Source of the DNA: Camelus ferus
Taxonomy: Eukaryota
DNA length: 64,000 bases
Direction: 5' to 3'
Assembly: GCF_009834535.1 (NCBI RefSeq)
Contig: NC_045696.1
Span: 99,636,001 to 99,700,000 of the forward strand
Shown here: positions 13,260-25,142 of the stretch, piece by piece
Layout of the letters: every line of letters starts with the position of its first letter
Numbering within the stretch: the stretch's first letter is position 1
The notes under the pieces: model-generated
Databases searched by the model: none
What the model was told of the DNA's origin: nothing
The model's input: the letters and a program-made list of their open reading frames with translations, nothing else
Position numbers and translations under genes: made by a program

Positions 13260-14830
13260 TTTTTAAAAATAGCCTTTTACTATATATATCCAGCAAAAGA
13301 CCCAATTCACAACTGTCAGCTTGGTAAATTTTTACCATGTGAGGACATGCCCTTACTTCCTCCCAAATCAGTAAATGGAAAGTAATCTCTCACTTGGAAG
13401 CCTTCTCTTACCTCTTCCCAGTCATTATCCTTTTTCAAAGATTAGAAAACTACTTTGACTTCTATCACCATTAATTAGTTTTTATGAATTTCATAAAAAT
13501 AGAAATAGGCATTCTTTTGTATTTGGCTTCTTTGGCTCAAAAGAACCTTTGTGAGATTTATCCATACTCTTGCATATGGTGTTGTTGGATAGTGTTTCAT
13601 GGTATATATGTACCACAGTGTATTCATCCTTTGTATTGTTGACAGACATTTGGGTCCTTTATAGTTACTGGTTGTAACAAACACTGTTACTATGAAGACC
13701 CTGCTCACATGTTTTCATATTTCTGATAGATATTTTATGCAGGATTGGAGAAGCATAAATTTACTTATAATAGATCCAGCAAAAATAGTTTTCCAAAAAT
13801 GGTTGCATGAATTTACACTCCCAGAACAGAAGTGAATGAAAATATTAATTGTTCCACATCACTCTGAACTCTTGGAATTGTCAGTCTTTTTAATTTGTCA
13901 TTATGGTACTTGTGTAATTACATCACACTGGCATATTAATATGCATATCCCTGATAAACTCCTTTTCATGTGTTTATTGGCAATTCTGATATTTTCTTTT
14001 GTAAAGTGCCTATTCAAGTATTTGGCCTGTATTCGTTTTTGTAATATTGATGTTTACACACACACAGAGACACATCCTGGATACAAGTTTTTTGCCAGCT
14101 AATGTATTGTAAATATAGTCTGCTATTCTATGCTGCCTTTCAATAGTCTTAATGGTGGCTCCTGATGGGAAGACATTTTAATTTTGGTAAAGATTGCTTT
14201 ATCGTTTTCTTTTCTTTTATGGTTAATGAATTTTGTGCTATGCTACCCCAAAGTCACAAAAAATACTCTCCAAAGTTGTTTTAAAAGCTTTATAGTTAAG
14301 GTTTTTATGTGTAAGGTTATTATCCACTTTAAATTAATTTTCACATTTGGTTTGAAGTATATGCCATTCACAAAGAAAACCACAAATAGGCAAACCATAA
14401 TCAAATTGCTTAAAAAAATGATGAGTTCATGTAAAATTACAGCTTATTAGAGAGATTTACATTTTGGATTTCACCTTTAGTGAAAGAAGTTTTAAAAGAG
14501 TTTGTGGCTGGTTTCATGATCCAGCCTCAGAATTCCAAACAGGACTTAAAGTGGCAGGGTAGATGTATGTTTAAGTAAAATAGCTGACCATTTTCCAAAG
14601 TGGCTGTAAAATTTTCTACTTCCAACAACAATGTATAAGAGTTTCAGTTTATCTGGATTCTTGCTAATACTTTTTAATTTTAGCTAGTCTAGTAGATAAT
14701 TCATTATTAATGTTTCCCTGATGGCTAATGATGTTGAGTTCTCTCTTATGTTCTTACTGAAAATTCAGATATCTTCCTTTATGAAATGTCTGTTCAAGTC
14801 TTTTGCCCAGTTTTAAAATTTGGTTGTATT
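13260..14830 (-). mobile_element. Old L1M (L1MC/ME-type) 3' fragments, at least two segments
   Basis: Minus-strand ORF 13475-13708 (MSRVFIVTVF...GPKCLSTIQRMNTLWYIYTM) resembles a degenerate ORF2 C-terminus. Typical antisense tracts 'ttccaaagtggctgtaaaattttctacttccaacaacaatgtataagagtttc' and 'tccctgatggctaatgatgttgag'. Confidence 0.75.
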
Positions 14831-17374
14831 AATACTCAGAACAATGGTTGGCATTTTCGATATTAATACTGTTGAGAGGACAAGAGAACAGACAAAATAA
14901 ATACAAATACTGACACAGTGCAGTAGACTCAACCTCATGGAACCTAGTCAGGGGTATCATGTGGAAATGCTGTTTGGGCAGAATCTCAAAGAATTTGGGT
15001 CAGAATTTAAGCCTAGGGATTGGTTGTCATCTACTACTTGAATATTAACTTATTCATAAGAAGGTGAGGACCATGTTGAATAAAACACTGCATTCCCTTT
15101 TTCTCTCAAATTATCTGAAGCTTAATTATTTATATTTAACTTTCAGAAGATACTTGTTTATGTTTGAAACACTAATAAATTATTAGCATTTCAAATCAAC
15201 ATTTAGTAGCTACCAGTAAGGGTCACATATCTTTAAAATGTAAACTAATGAAATATGTATCTCTTGGCAGAGTGGAAATTGAAAGCATTGCTTCACATGT
15301 TCCACCACTTCATCAGGTTTTCATGATAGCCATCCATCGTTTTTCCTTTAGTGTTAGAAGTGAAATGCTACGTTTTTCAGGTGATACCATCAAGAAAGGG
15401 AGAGTTGTATGTAGTTATAAAATACTCAGAAGCTCAGGGTTCAGTGGCACATGGTGTGAGAATGGAGTGAAGGTAATTTCATTTAAGTCCAGATGCATAG
15501 GGCACCTAGGCTGACATCTAGGTGATAAGAATTAACAAGTTTGATACTTTTTTTGAACATCAAAACTCACTGGTATTTTTTTTACTTAATATTGACATTT
15601 CTTTTAGAAGCACGATTCCAGAGTGCTGCTTTAGCAAGTTAAATCAGAACAAGTAGTTCCACAGCAGTATTCCAACCCACTCCTCCTCTCAAAAATACCC
15701 TGATCATACTTAATGTCCTCTGTCTTCCTTTAAGTTGTATTAATTCCAAGATGCTTATAGCCTTATTTGATACCATAGCAATATAAAGAGACTATCAAAT
15801 CCCCAAATCACATTACAGCCTTTGCCAGAAAACTATCACAGTAAAAGAGAAACTCCAAGACTGGCTATTGTGTGCTAGCTAGTGAAGGAGTGCTATTTCT
15901 GCTTCTTTATTTTCAATCCTCTATTGTTATCAATTATCTATCATAAGCTACAAAAGAGATGTTTACTGAAATGTGTGAAGCTTCAGAATGTAACTGAAGA
16001 TAAATGCTAAATTATATATAATGTAATCTGTCCGCATACAAGAACAGCACTGTAGATTACATTTTCAACTCTTTCACACACACTTATCATCAACAGAAAA
16101 CAACAGAGTTAGCCATGGAGTTAAACCAGCCCATGCCAATTTTGTTATTTCATGTGCTGCTCTCAAAGCAATAGCTCTGGAAGAAATCCAAACGGAAAAA
16201 ACTCAGTTCAATAGCACTCTGCATTCAAAAGGGTTTTTGATGGGACCAGAAGTATAACAAATGTGACTTGAGGGCACAATGTTCTAAGAAGAAAAAAATG
16301 ATACATCTCACATAAAAGATGAGCTGATTATAACTAGTTTTTGAGCAAATTATAGTATGTTTTTGGATATTCTGGTAAGTAAGAACACAAAAACATTGTA
16401 ACTACATAAAATAATGTACTTTACACACTAAATCTGACGTTTCACTATGTGATTTAATTTCAGCTCAGTTTTTTTTTTTTTGCATCCTATCGTTCTACTG
16501 CAACTAGTATCACAACCTGTTGTTTTATTTCCCTGTACTTAGAGAACGTTCCTTGTCTTTTCATTTAGCCATAAACTAAATTCAGCTATTTTCTATCAGA
16601 TGATAAACACACCAACAGTATCTATTTGTATGTAGAAGTAGAAAAGTTTCATAGGCAAAATGAGCATTTTTGAGGTAACAGAATATGTCATTTATTTAGG
16701 TATGATTGTTTCAGTTATGTTATTTTTAATATGAGGCAAAAATATAAAATTCTCACCTATTTAATGACTTCCATGAGATGAGCACAAGGCTATACTATAG
16801 ATTCACCACACAAACATTAGTTAGAGATATTTCTGTGTGTTTGTGTGCACGTCTCCATTAGTATTTGTGCACGGGTGTGTGTGTGGAACATTCAAACCAT
16901 TTTCTCTTCTACCATTCAAAAATCTTGACTTTAAGGATAAGAAATTTAATCCAAATATGAAACATGGAAATGCAAAGAGAGGTGGTAAGTTGGCTTCCTT
17001 TCAAATTACATTTAAGAATCACCATAAAACTGGTATCGGTATTTCCTTCTTAACAAAACACAAATATTCAATGAGTTAGACTTGCTAGGGTACAATGGAA
17101 GCAGCTTATCTTCCCCTCCACTCACAAACTTCCAATTCTCTCTCACAGCTCCTGTCCCTTGTTTCTTGACTGCACCTCAAGCATACCCCAGAGATTTCCA
17201 GTAATTTCAGGTACTAGAAGTGTCTTAATTTCAGGGGAAAAAAGTCCAACTCATTCTATATCAAAATAGTAATTTCTCCTTCCCTTTAAACACCACCCCA
17301 GCCTAGTCTACCCCATGGCCAGGCAAGCAGCAACAAGGAAAATAACAAGCATTTATCTATTTTTGACCTTTTTT

Positions 17375-17552
17375 TTCCTACCCAGGTTTTGTAGAGTCTA
17401 AAACATTTAAAATTTGGAGGAGGCAACCCCCTTATGAAAAAAATAATACAAATAATGAATAAAAAATTGATCCATGGCCTCCTAAGGAGGCCTGTGCCAA
17501 TGAGGGGCTCTGAAGTTGGAGTTTCATGAGCTTCAAGGTAAATCCACCTCTG
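17375..17552 (+). mobile_element. hAT-family MITE, MER53-like
   Basis: 'ccaggttttgtagagtctaaaac...aatttgga...gaggggctctgaagttggagtttcatgagcttcaaggtaaatccacctctg' follows the MER53 layout as I recall it, including the 3' TIR. Confidence 0.7.
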
Positions 17553-18420
17553 CCTTCATCTTACCCTTCCTCTCTTCCCCATCATCTTCTTGGTTCTTCT
17601 AAGAACTAAAGCATCAAGAAGAGGGTTTAGAGGAGAAGTGAGAAAAGGACTTTTTACTAAGTACAATTATTAGGAATTCTTTCTTAGCTAGCACTGGCTG
17701 GTCATTGTTCTTTGTCATGGCAGACATCCCAAATTGAACTTTTATGAAATATACTATTGGATTTTTTTATGAAGCACCCTCTCTACCCACCCATGGTGGC
17801 CTCCACTAGTGTATCTCTGGTGGGAATGTGGCCATCCTGACCTGACCTTTCTATTTTATTCTCAGCTAGTGCATCCAGCAGTACATCACTCCAGGTCATC
17901 GCTTGCCATGGCCAGTAGCCTTTTTTAATTGGGGTGAGGAGTACTTTCAATATGACTTCAGCCTACCTATCTTCTGCAGTATCCACTTGACTCAAGGGAA
18001 AGTTAACCTCCTTTGCTTGTCAAAATGTAGAATTTTAGCTTCTACTGTGACTTTTCTTCTCTTCCCCTCACCAACGTGGGGATGCTCCAGGCATCCCCCC
18101 AGCTTCAGAACTTTCAGTGTGAGAGCCAGGCTGCACTTTCTTTGCTACCAAAACTCTATGGAGCAAGAGGCTAAACTCTCCTAAGACATCACAACACTCT
18201 CCACACTGGGAATGGCAGGAGCCCCATCTGTTGCTTTCTGAGCTCATCAACATGCAGCCAAGCAGGAAGAAGTCAGTTTCTCCATCTTGACCCCAGTTTC
18301 TCCTAAACTCTCCAAGGATTTTTAAAATCCTAATATGCCTTAAAAGGTACCTGCAAGGAGGGAGATCCTGACAGCTTTTTTACTCCTACAAACTTCTTCG
18401 CTTCAAGAAATCCTGTTCTC

Positions 18421-19712
18421 AGCATAGAGAGCCCAGAAATAAACCCACAGACCTATGGTCAATTAATCTTTGACAAAAGAGGCAACAGTATACAATGAAG
18501 AAAAGGCAGTCTCTTCAGCAAGTTGTGCTGGGAAAACTGGCCAGCAGTGTTTAAATCAATGAAGTTAGAACACTCCCTCATACCATATGCAAAAAATAAA
18601 TTCAAAATGGATCAAAGACTTAAGTATAAGACAAGACACGATAAACCTCCTAGAAGAAAACATGCAAAACATTCTCTAACATAAATCTTAGCAATGTTCT
18701 TCTAGGATAGTCTACCCAGAAAATAGAAATAAAAGCAAAAATTAACAAATTAGACCGAATTACACTTACAAGCTTTTGCACAGCAAAGGAAACCATGTGT
18801 AAAACAAAATGACAACCTATGAAATGGGAGAAAATATTTGCAAATGGTAAGACTATCAAAGGTTTAATTTCAAGAATATATAAACATCTCATACAACTTA
18901 ATAAAAAAAAAAACCCAAACAGCCCAATCCAAAAATGGACAGAAGACCTAAACAAGCATTTCTCCAATGAAGACATACAAATGGCAAACAGGCATGTGAA
19001 AAAATGCTCAATATTGCTAATTATCAGAGAAATGCAAATCAAAACTACAATGAGATATCACCTCACACCAGTCAGAATGGCCATCATTCAAAAGTCCACA
19101 AATGATAAATGTTGGAGAGGGTGTGGAGAAAAGGGAACCCTCCTTCACTGCTGGTGGGAATGCAGTTTGGTGGTGCAGCCATTATGGAAAACAGTATGGA
19201 GATTCCTCAAAAACTAAGAATAGACTTACCATATGATCCAGCAATCCCACTCCTGGGTATATATCTGGAGGGAACTCTAAATTGAAAAGATATATGCACC
19301 CCAATGTTCGTAGCAGCACTATATACAAGAGCTAAGACATGGAAGTAACCTAAATGTTCATCGACAGATAACTCGATAAAGAAGTTGTGGTATATTTATA
19401 CAATAGAATACTACTCAGCCATAAAAGAGAATGAAATAATGTCATTTGCATCAACATGATTGGACCTAGAGATCATTATTCTAAGTGAAGTAAGCTAGAA
19501 AGAGAAAGAAAAATACCAAATGATATCACTCATATATGAAATCTAAAAAAAAAAAGTGTGTAGCACAAGTAACTAGATTCAATATCTTATAATAACATTT
19601 AATGGAAAATAGTATGAAAGTGAATATACGCATATACATGACTGCGACATTATGCTGCACACCAGAAATTGACACGATGTAACTGAGCATACTTCAATTA
19701 AAAAAAAGAAAA
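18421..19712 (+). mobile_element. 5'-truncated camelid-type L1 (ORF2 C-terminus, internally deleted 3'UTR, poly(A))
   Basis: ORF 18819-19217 encodes the ORF2 Cys-rich domain ([19 protein letters not shown]). Colinear with 22200-23310. Tail 'ccagaaattgacac...tacttcaattaaaaaaaag'. Confidence 0.93.
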
Positions 19713-20590
19713 ATATAAGACCTGAAAACATAAAAGGAAAATCAAAACCACAATGAGGTACCACCTCACATCTGTCAGAATGGCTCTCATCAAAAAGATA
19801 AGAAACAGCAAGTGTTGGCGAGGATGTGGAGAAAGTGGAACCCCTGTGTACTGCTGGTGGGAATGCAAATTGGTGCAGCCACTATGAAAAACTGTATGAA
19901 AGTTCTTCAAAAAACTAAAAACAGAACTACCATAGAACTCAGCAGTTCCACTTCTGAGTATTTATCTAGAAGAAAATGAAAACACTAATTTGAGAAGGTA
20001 TATGCAGTCCTATGTTCTTCACCACACTATTTACAATATCCAAGACATGGAATCAGTGTAAATGTCTATCTCTAAATGAATGGATAAAGAATATGTACCA
20101 TATATACATGATGCAACATTACTCAGCCATAAGAAAGAATAAAATCTTGCCATACATAACAACACAGATGAACCTATGCTAAGTGAAATAAGTCTGACAG
20201 AGAAAGACAAGTATTGTGTGATTTCACTTATATGTGGAATCTAAAAAGCAAAATGAATGAATAAACAAAACAGAACAGAAACAGATTCTCAGATACAGAG
20301 AACAAACAGGTGGTTGCCAGAGAGGATGGGGGTGGGACATAGGTAAAGGGGATTAAGAGGTACAAATTTCTGCTATAAAATAAGTCACAGAGATGTAATG
20401 TATACATAGGGAACATAGTCAGTTACACTGTAACAACTTTGTATGGTGATGAGTGATAAATGGACTTAATGTGGTGAACATTTCATAATGCATAAAAATA
20501 CCAAGTCATTAATGTTGTACACCTAAAACTGATACAATGAGTTTAAAATGTATGCTAAGTATAACTCAGTTAAAAAATAAATTAAATAAG
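19713..20590 (+). mobile_element. Older L1MA/MB-type 3' end
   Basis: 'aatcaaaaccacaatgaggtaccacctcaca...gaggatgtggagaaag', then 3'UTR 'gattaagaggtacaaatttctgctataaaataagtcacagagatgtaatgta' and an A-rich end. Confidence 0.88.
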
Positions 20591-20828
20591 GGAAGAGGGA
20601 GGAAATTTTTCATAAGAAAAAACCCTTTAAGGCCATGCATTTAAAAAGTTTATTTAGATACTTCAGGATTTTTATAAAGGTGATCCCATCTGTGGGGACC
20701 CTACAATAAAGTTTAATGTTGTAACCTCAAAATGACATAGTTGAAAATTTTATATTAAAATACTACTTATTGTGGTTCCATATAAATTTTATTATGATTT
20801 GTTCTAGTTCTGTGAAATATGTCCTGGG

Positions 20829-21716
20829 TCATTTGATAGGGAATGTATTAAATCTGCAGATTGTCTTGGGCAGTATGACCATTTTAACAATATTGATTCT
20901 TCCAATCCAGGAGCATGGGATGTCTTTCCATTTTTTTAAGTCTTCTTTAATTTCTTTAATCAATGGTTTATAGTTTTCCATGTATAAGTCTTTCACCTCC
21001 TTGGCTAGATTTATTCCTAGGTATTTTGTTACTCTGGGTGCTATTTTAAAGGGGGTTGTTTCTTTACTTTCTTTTTCTGTTGATTCATCATTAGTGTAAA
21101 GAAATGCAACTGATTTTTGAACGTTAATCTTGTAACCTGCCACCTTGCTGAATTCTTCGATTATTTCTAGTAGTTTTTGTGTGGACCTTTTAGGGTTTTC
21201 TATATATAGTATCATATCATCTGCATATAGTGACACTTTTACCTCTTCTTTTCCAGTTTGGATCCCTTTTATTTCTCTCTTGCCTGATTGCTGTGGTAGC
21301 ACTTCCAAGACTATGTTGAATAGGAGTGGTGATAGTGGGCAGCCTTGTCTTGTCCCAGATTTTAGTGGGAAGCTTTTGAGTTTTTCACCATTGAGTACTA
21401 TGCTTGCTGTAGGTTTGTCATATATAGCTTTTATTATGTTGAGATATGTTCCCTCTATACCCACTTTGGTGAGAGTTTTTATCATAAATGGGTGTTGAAT
21501 TTTATCAAAAGCTTTTTCTGCATCTATTGTGAGGTTCATGAGATTTTTGTCCTTTCTCTTGTTGATGTGATGTATTACATTGACTGATTTGTGTATGTTG
21601 AACCATCCTTGTGTCCCCGGGATGAACCTCACTTGATCATGATGTATAATATTTTTTATATGTTGTTGGATTCTATTTGCTAGTGTTTTGGTAAGGATTT
21701 TTGCATCTTTGTTCAT
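20829..21716 (-). pseudogene. L1 ORF2 reverse-transcriptase domain fragment in the inverted segment
   Basis: 295-aa ORF with [31 protein letters not shown], catalytic YADD and KYLGINL. No promoter, ORF1 or endonuclease domain, so non-functional. Confidence 0.95.
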
Positions 21717-22637
21717 CAGTGATATTGGTCTGTAATTCTCTTTTTTGGTGGTGTCTTTGCCTGGTTTTGGTATCAGGGTGATGGTGGCTTCATAGAATGA
21801 GTTTGGGAGTACTGCCTCTTTTTCAATCTTCTGGAAGAATTTGAGAAGGACTGGTATGAGTTCTTCTTTGTATGTTTGGTAGAATTCCCTGGTGAAGCCG
21901 TCCGGTCATGGACTTTTATTTGTAGGGAGGTTTTTTTATTGCTAATTCGATTTCATGTCTAGTGATTGGTTTGTTCAAGTGGTCAGTTTCTTTTTGATTC
22001 AGTCTTGGTGGACTGTATATTTCCAAAAACTTGTCCATCTCCTCTAGGTTATCCATTTTAGAATTGCCAAAGCATTACTCAAGAAAAAAAAAGAGGCTGG
22101 AGGAATAACTCTCCCAGACTTCAGACAATACTACAGGGCTACAGTAATCAAGACAGCATGGTATTGATACAAAAACAGACATATGGACCAGTGGAACAGA
22201 ATAGAGAGCCCAGAAATTAACCCATAAACTTTGGTCAACTCATCTTCGACAAAGGAGGCAAGAATATACAATGGAATAAAGACAGTCTCTTCAGCCAGTG
22301 GTGTTGGAAAAACTGGACAGCAGCATGTAAAGCAATGAAGCTAGAACACTCCCTTACACCATACACAAAAATCAACTCAAAATGGATCAAAGACTTAAAC
22401 ATAAGACAAGACACAATAAATCTCCTAGAAGAAAATATAGGCAAAACATTATCTGACATACATCTCAAAAATGCTCTCCTAGGGCAGTCTACCTAAGCAA
22501 TAGAAATAAAAGCAGGGATAAACAAATGGGGCCTAATTAAACTTACAATCTTCTGCACAGCAAAGGAAACCATAAGTTAAACAAAACGACAACCTACGGA
22601 ATGGGAGAAAATTTTTGCAAGTGAAACTGACAAAGGC

Positions 22638-23156
22638 TTGATCTCCAGAATATATAAGCAGCTCATACGACTCAATAAGAAAAAAATAAACAACCCAATC
22701 CAAAAATGGGCAGAAGACCTAAACAAGCAATTCTCCAAGAAAGACATACAAATGATCAAAAAGCACATGAAAAAATGCTCAGTATCACTAATTATCAGAG
22801 AAATGCAAATCAAAACTAAAATGAGGTATCACCTCACACCAATCAGAATGGCCATCATTCAAAAATCCACAAATGACAAATGCTGGAGAGGCTGTGGAGA
22901 AAGGGGAACCCTCCTACACTGCTGGTGGGAATGCAGTTTGGTGCAGCCACTATGGAAAAGAGTGTGGAGATTCCTCAAAAGACTAGGAATAGACTTACCA
23001 TATGACCCAGGAATCCCACTCCTGGGCTTGTATCCAGAAGGAAATCTACTTCAGGATGACACCTGCACCCAAATGTTCATAGCAGCACTATTTACAATAG
23101 CCAAAACATGGAAGCAGCCTAAATGTCCATCAACAGGTGACTGGATAAAGAAGTAG
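22638..23156 (+). pseudogene. L1 ORF2 C-terminal cysteine-rich domain fragment
   Basis: 172-aa ORF with [38 protein letters not shown] and [20 protein letters not shown]. Premature stop TAG at 23154-23156. Confidence 0.93.
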
Positions 23157-23710
23157 TGGTATATTTATACAATGGAATACTATTCAGCCATAAAAATTGA
23201 CAACATAATGCCATTTGCAACAACATGGATGTTCCTGGAGAATGTCATTCTAAGTGAAGCAAGCAAGAAAGAAAAAGAAAAATACCATATGAGATCACTT
23301 ATATGCGGAATCTAAAAAAAAAAAAAACATAAATACAAAACAGAAATAGACTCATAGACATAGAATACAAATTTGTGGTTGCCAGGGGGACAGGGGATGG
23401 GAAGGGATAGACTGGGATTTCAAAATGTAGAATAGATAAACAAGATTGTACTGTGTAGCACAGGGAATATATACAGGATCTTGTGGTGGCTCACAGCGAA
23501 AGAGAATGTGACAATGAACATATGTATGTTCATGTATAACTGAAAAATTGTGCTCTACACTGGAATTTGACCCAACATTGTAAAGTGACTATAACTTAAT
23601 AAAAAATGTTTAAAAAAAATAAATAAAATAAAATACTACTTATTAAATAGATTCTTCTTTTTAAAAAGTAATGTAGTTTGATTAAAGTGTTTTTAAAAAT
23701 AATTTATTGG

Positions 23711-23797
23711 TTTTTTTTTTTCTATGGAGGTACTGTGGATTGAACCCAGAACCTCATGCATGCTAGGCATGTGCTCTACCACTGAGCTATACTAGCC
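23711..23797 (-). mobile_element. tRNA-derived SINE, camelid Vic-1-like (short form)
   Basis: Reverse complement reads 'gtatagctcagtggtagagcacatgcctagcatgcatgaggttctgggttcaatccacagtacctcca' plus poly(A). Pol III A box (tagctcagtgg) and B box (ggttcaatcc) are visible. Confidence 0.85.
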
Positions 23798-23819
23798 TCT
23801 GCCTTGATGAAAGTGTGGA

Positions 23820-24170
23820 CTATAAAGTGTAGACAGAAAGGTTAGGTGGCTGCCATGTCAGAGAAGGTTTTGAATGTCAGATGGGGAGAGTGAATCAAAG
23901 TTTATAGGCAGACAGAAACTTCATGAAATTTTTGAGCAGAAAAGTGAGACTGTCATGCATATGTTTGTGGGGGAAATCAAAGTGAGGGAGAAAGCAAGGA
24001 CAGATGGGAAAGAGAGAGACTAGTCAGGTTAATTATTAAAAGATTTAGGGAAGAACCATGAGGGCTGACGTAGGCAGTGGCAGCCAGGAACAGAAATGAC
24101 AGTTGTGGATTCCAGGGATAACAGAGGGTAGAAGGGAAGTCCGCTGTCTCTGCCAGATGATGTTTCAACC
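23820..24170 (-). mobile_element. L2 fragment
   Basis: 'gaaggttttgaatgtcag...aaatttttgagcagaaaagtga...taggcagtggcagccaggaacaga...gtggattccagggata' is typical antisense L2. Confidence 0.55.
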
Positions 24171-25096
24171 CAACTACCAAGGACAGTGATCACATGAATT
24201 GAAAAGTTCGCTTTATTTTCACTCAGCCCTGGGATCTTAGGGATCCTAGGGTGTGAAAATATGTTCAGAAGCAGAAAACCTAAGGATCCTTTCTTGGCAT
24301 TGAACTAAGAATTCATATGGAAGGAAATATTACCCCTAGACTGAAATTTCCAGTGATATCAGAAGCTCGGAATAATTTGTGCGACCCATGCCTGTCACCA
24401 TCTCATTCAAACAACGGTCTGGCACATATGGGAAGCCAGTCATCCTCACTGCCTCGATTCCACGAGGGAATGATAAAAGGAAAAAATATTCTTAACATGA
24501 AACATTTCATGCTTGCAAGAGGAAGATGAGGAATTCTTTGATGAGAATAAGACCTTCAAAAATCTCCCTCCAATTAGAGCAGGAGGCTTGCATAGTAGAA
24601 AACAAAACACAACCAACAAACAAATAAATAAACAAAGGTGATCAAAACATGCTCAGAATAGAGGAGCAGCGAACAAAGACAGAAAGGGTTATGTTGGGGA
24701 CACAGACACATAATTGGATTCCTCTGCCAACTCTGGTAATTAAAATGGAGACACTCAGTACCTTAGTTGCTCTGCAATCCCAAATTACGTTTGCGATAAC
24801 AACCCTTGAGTCTTGGTTTTACTGCTGTATTATTTGAACATACAATTCGTATCTCTTCATTTTCAGAACACACAAATAGAGGTTTCTGCAGGGCTGTGAC
24901 GATTCAGAGGAGAAAGCCTGACTTGTACTCTCCAATCACACTTCCCTCACTGCCATGGATATTCTGTCCAAATTTAAACTGAAAACAAATGAAAAAAAGA
25001 GGAAGTAGGAAGATTTGCAATGATTTAAAGCTTTGCTTCCCCATTTCAGAGAAAAAAAGAGTTGCTGCTCTGTAGCTTTGCATAGTCACTTCTCTG

Positions 25097-25099
<3 letters not shown>

Positions 25100-25135
<36 letters not shown>

Positions 25136-25142
25136 TGTGTGT
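25100..25142. repeat. (TG)n microsatellite
   Basis: About 21 units with one interruption. Confidence 0.95.

Larger units (their letters stand above)
20772..23628 (+). mobile_element. Young 5'-inverted (twin-primed) L1, about 2.86 kb
   Basis: Perfect 16-bp TSD taaaatactacttatt at 20756-20771 and 23629-23644. Antisense ORF2 segment 20772-~22058; sense ORF2, 3'UTR and poly(A) ~22059-23628. Confidence 0.97.

Noticed and set aside
17090..18420. Possible ancient LTR-like sequence around the MER53 element (similar impression at ~6480-6740 and ~7700-7980)
   Set aside because: Composition is suggestive, but I could not identify termini, a TSD or a family.
18650..22813. Hydrophobic ORFs such as MICISLIIS... 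(18650-19042, 22577-22813) and 21145-21498
   Set aside because: These are antisense reading frames of L1 ORF2, a common source of spurious predicted proteins.
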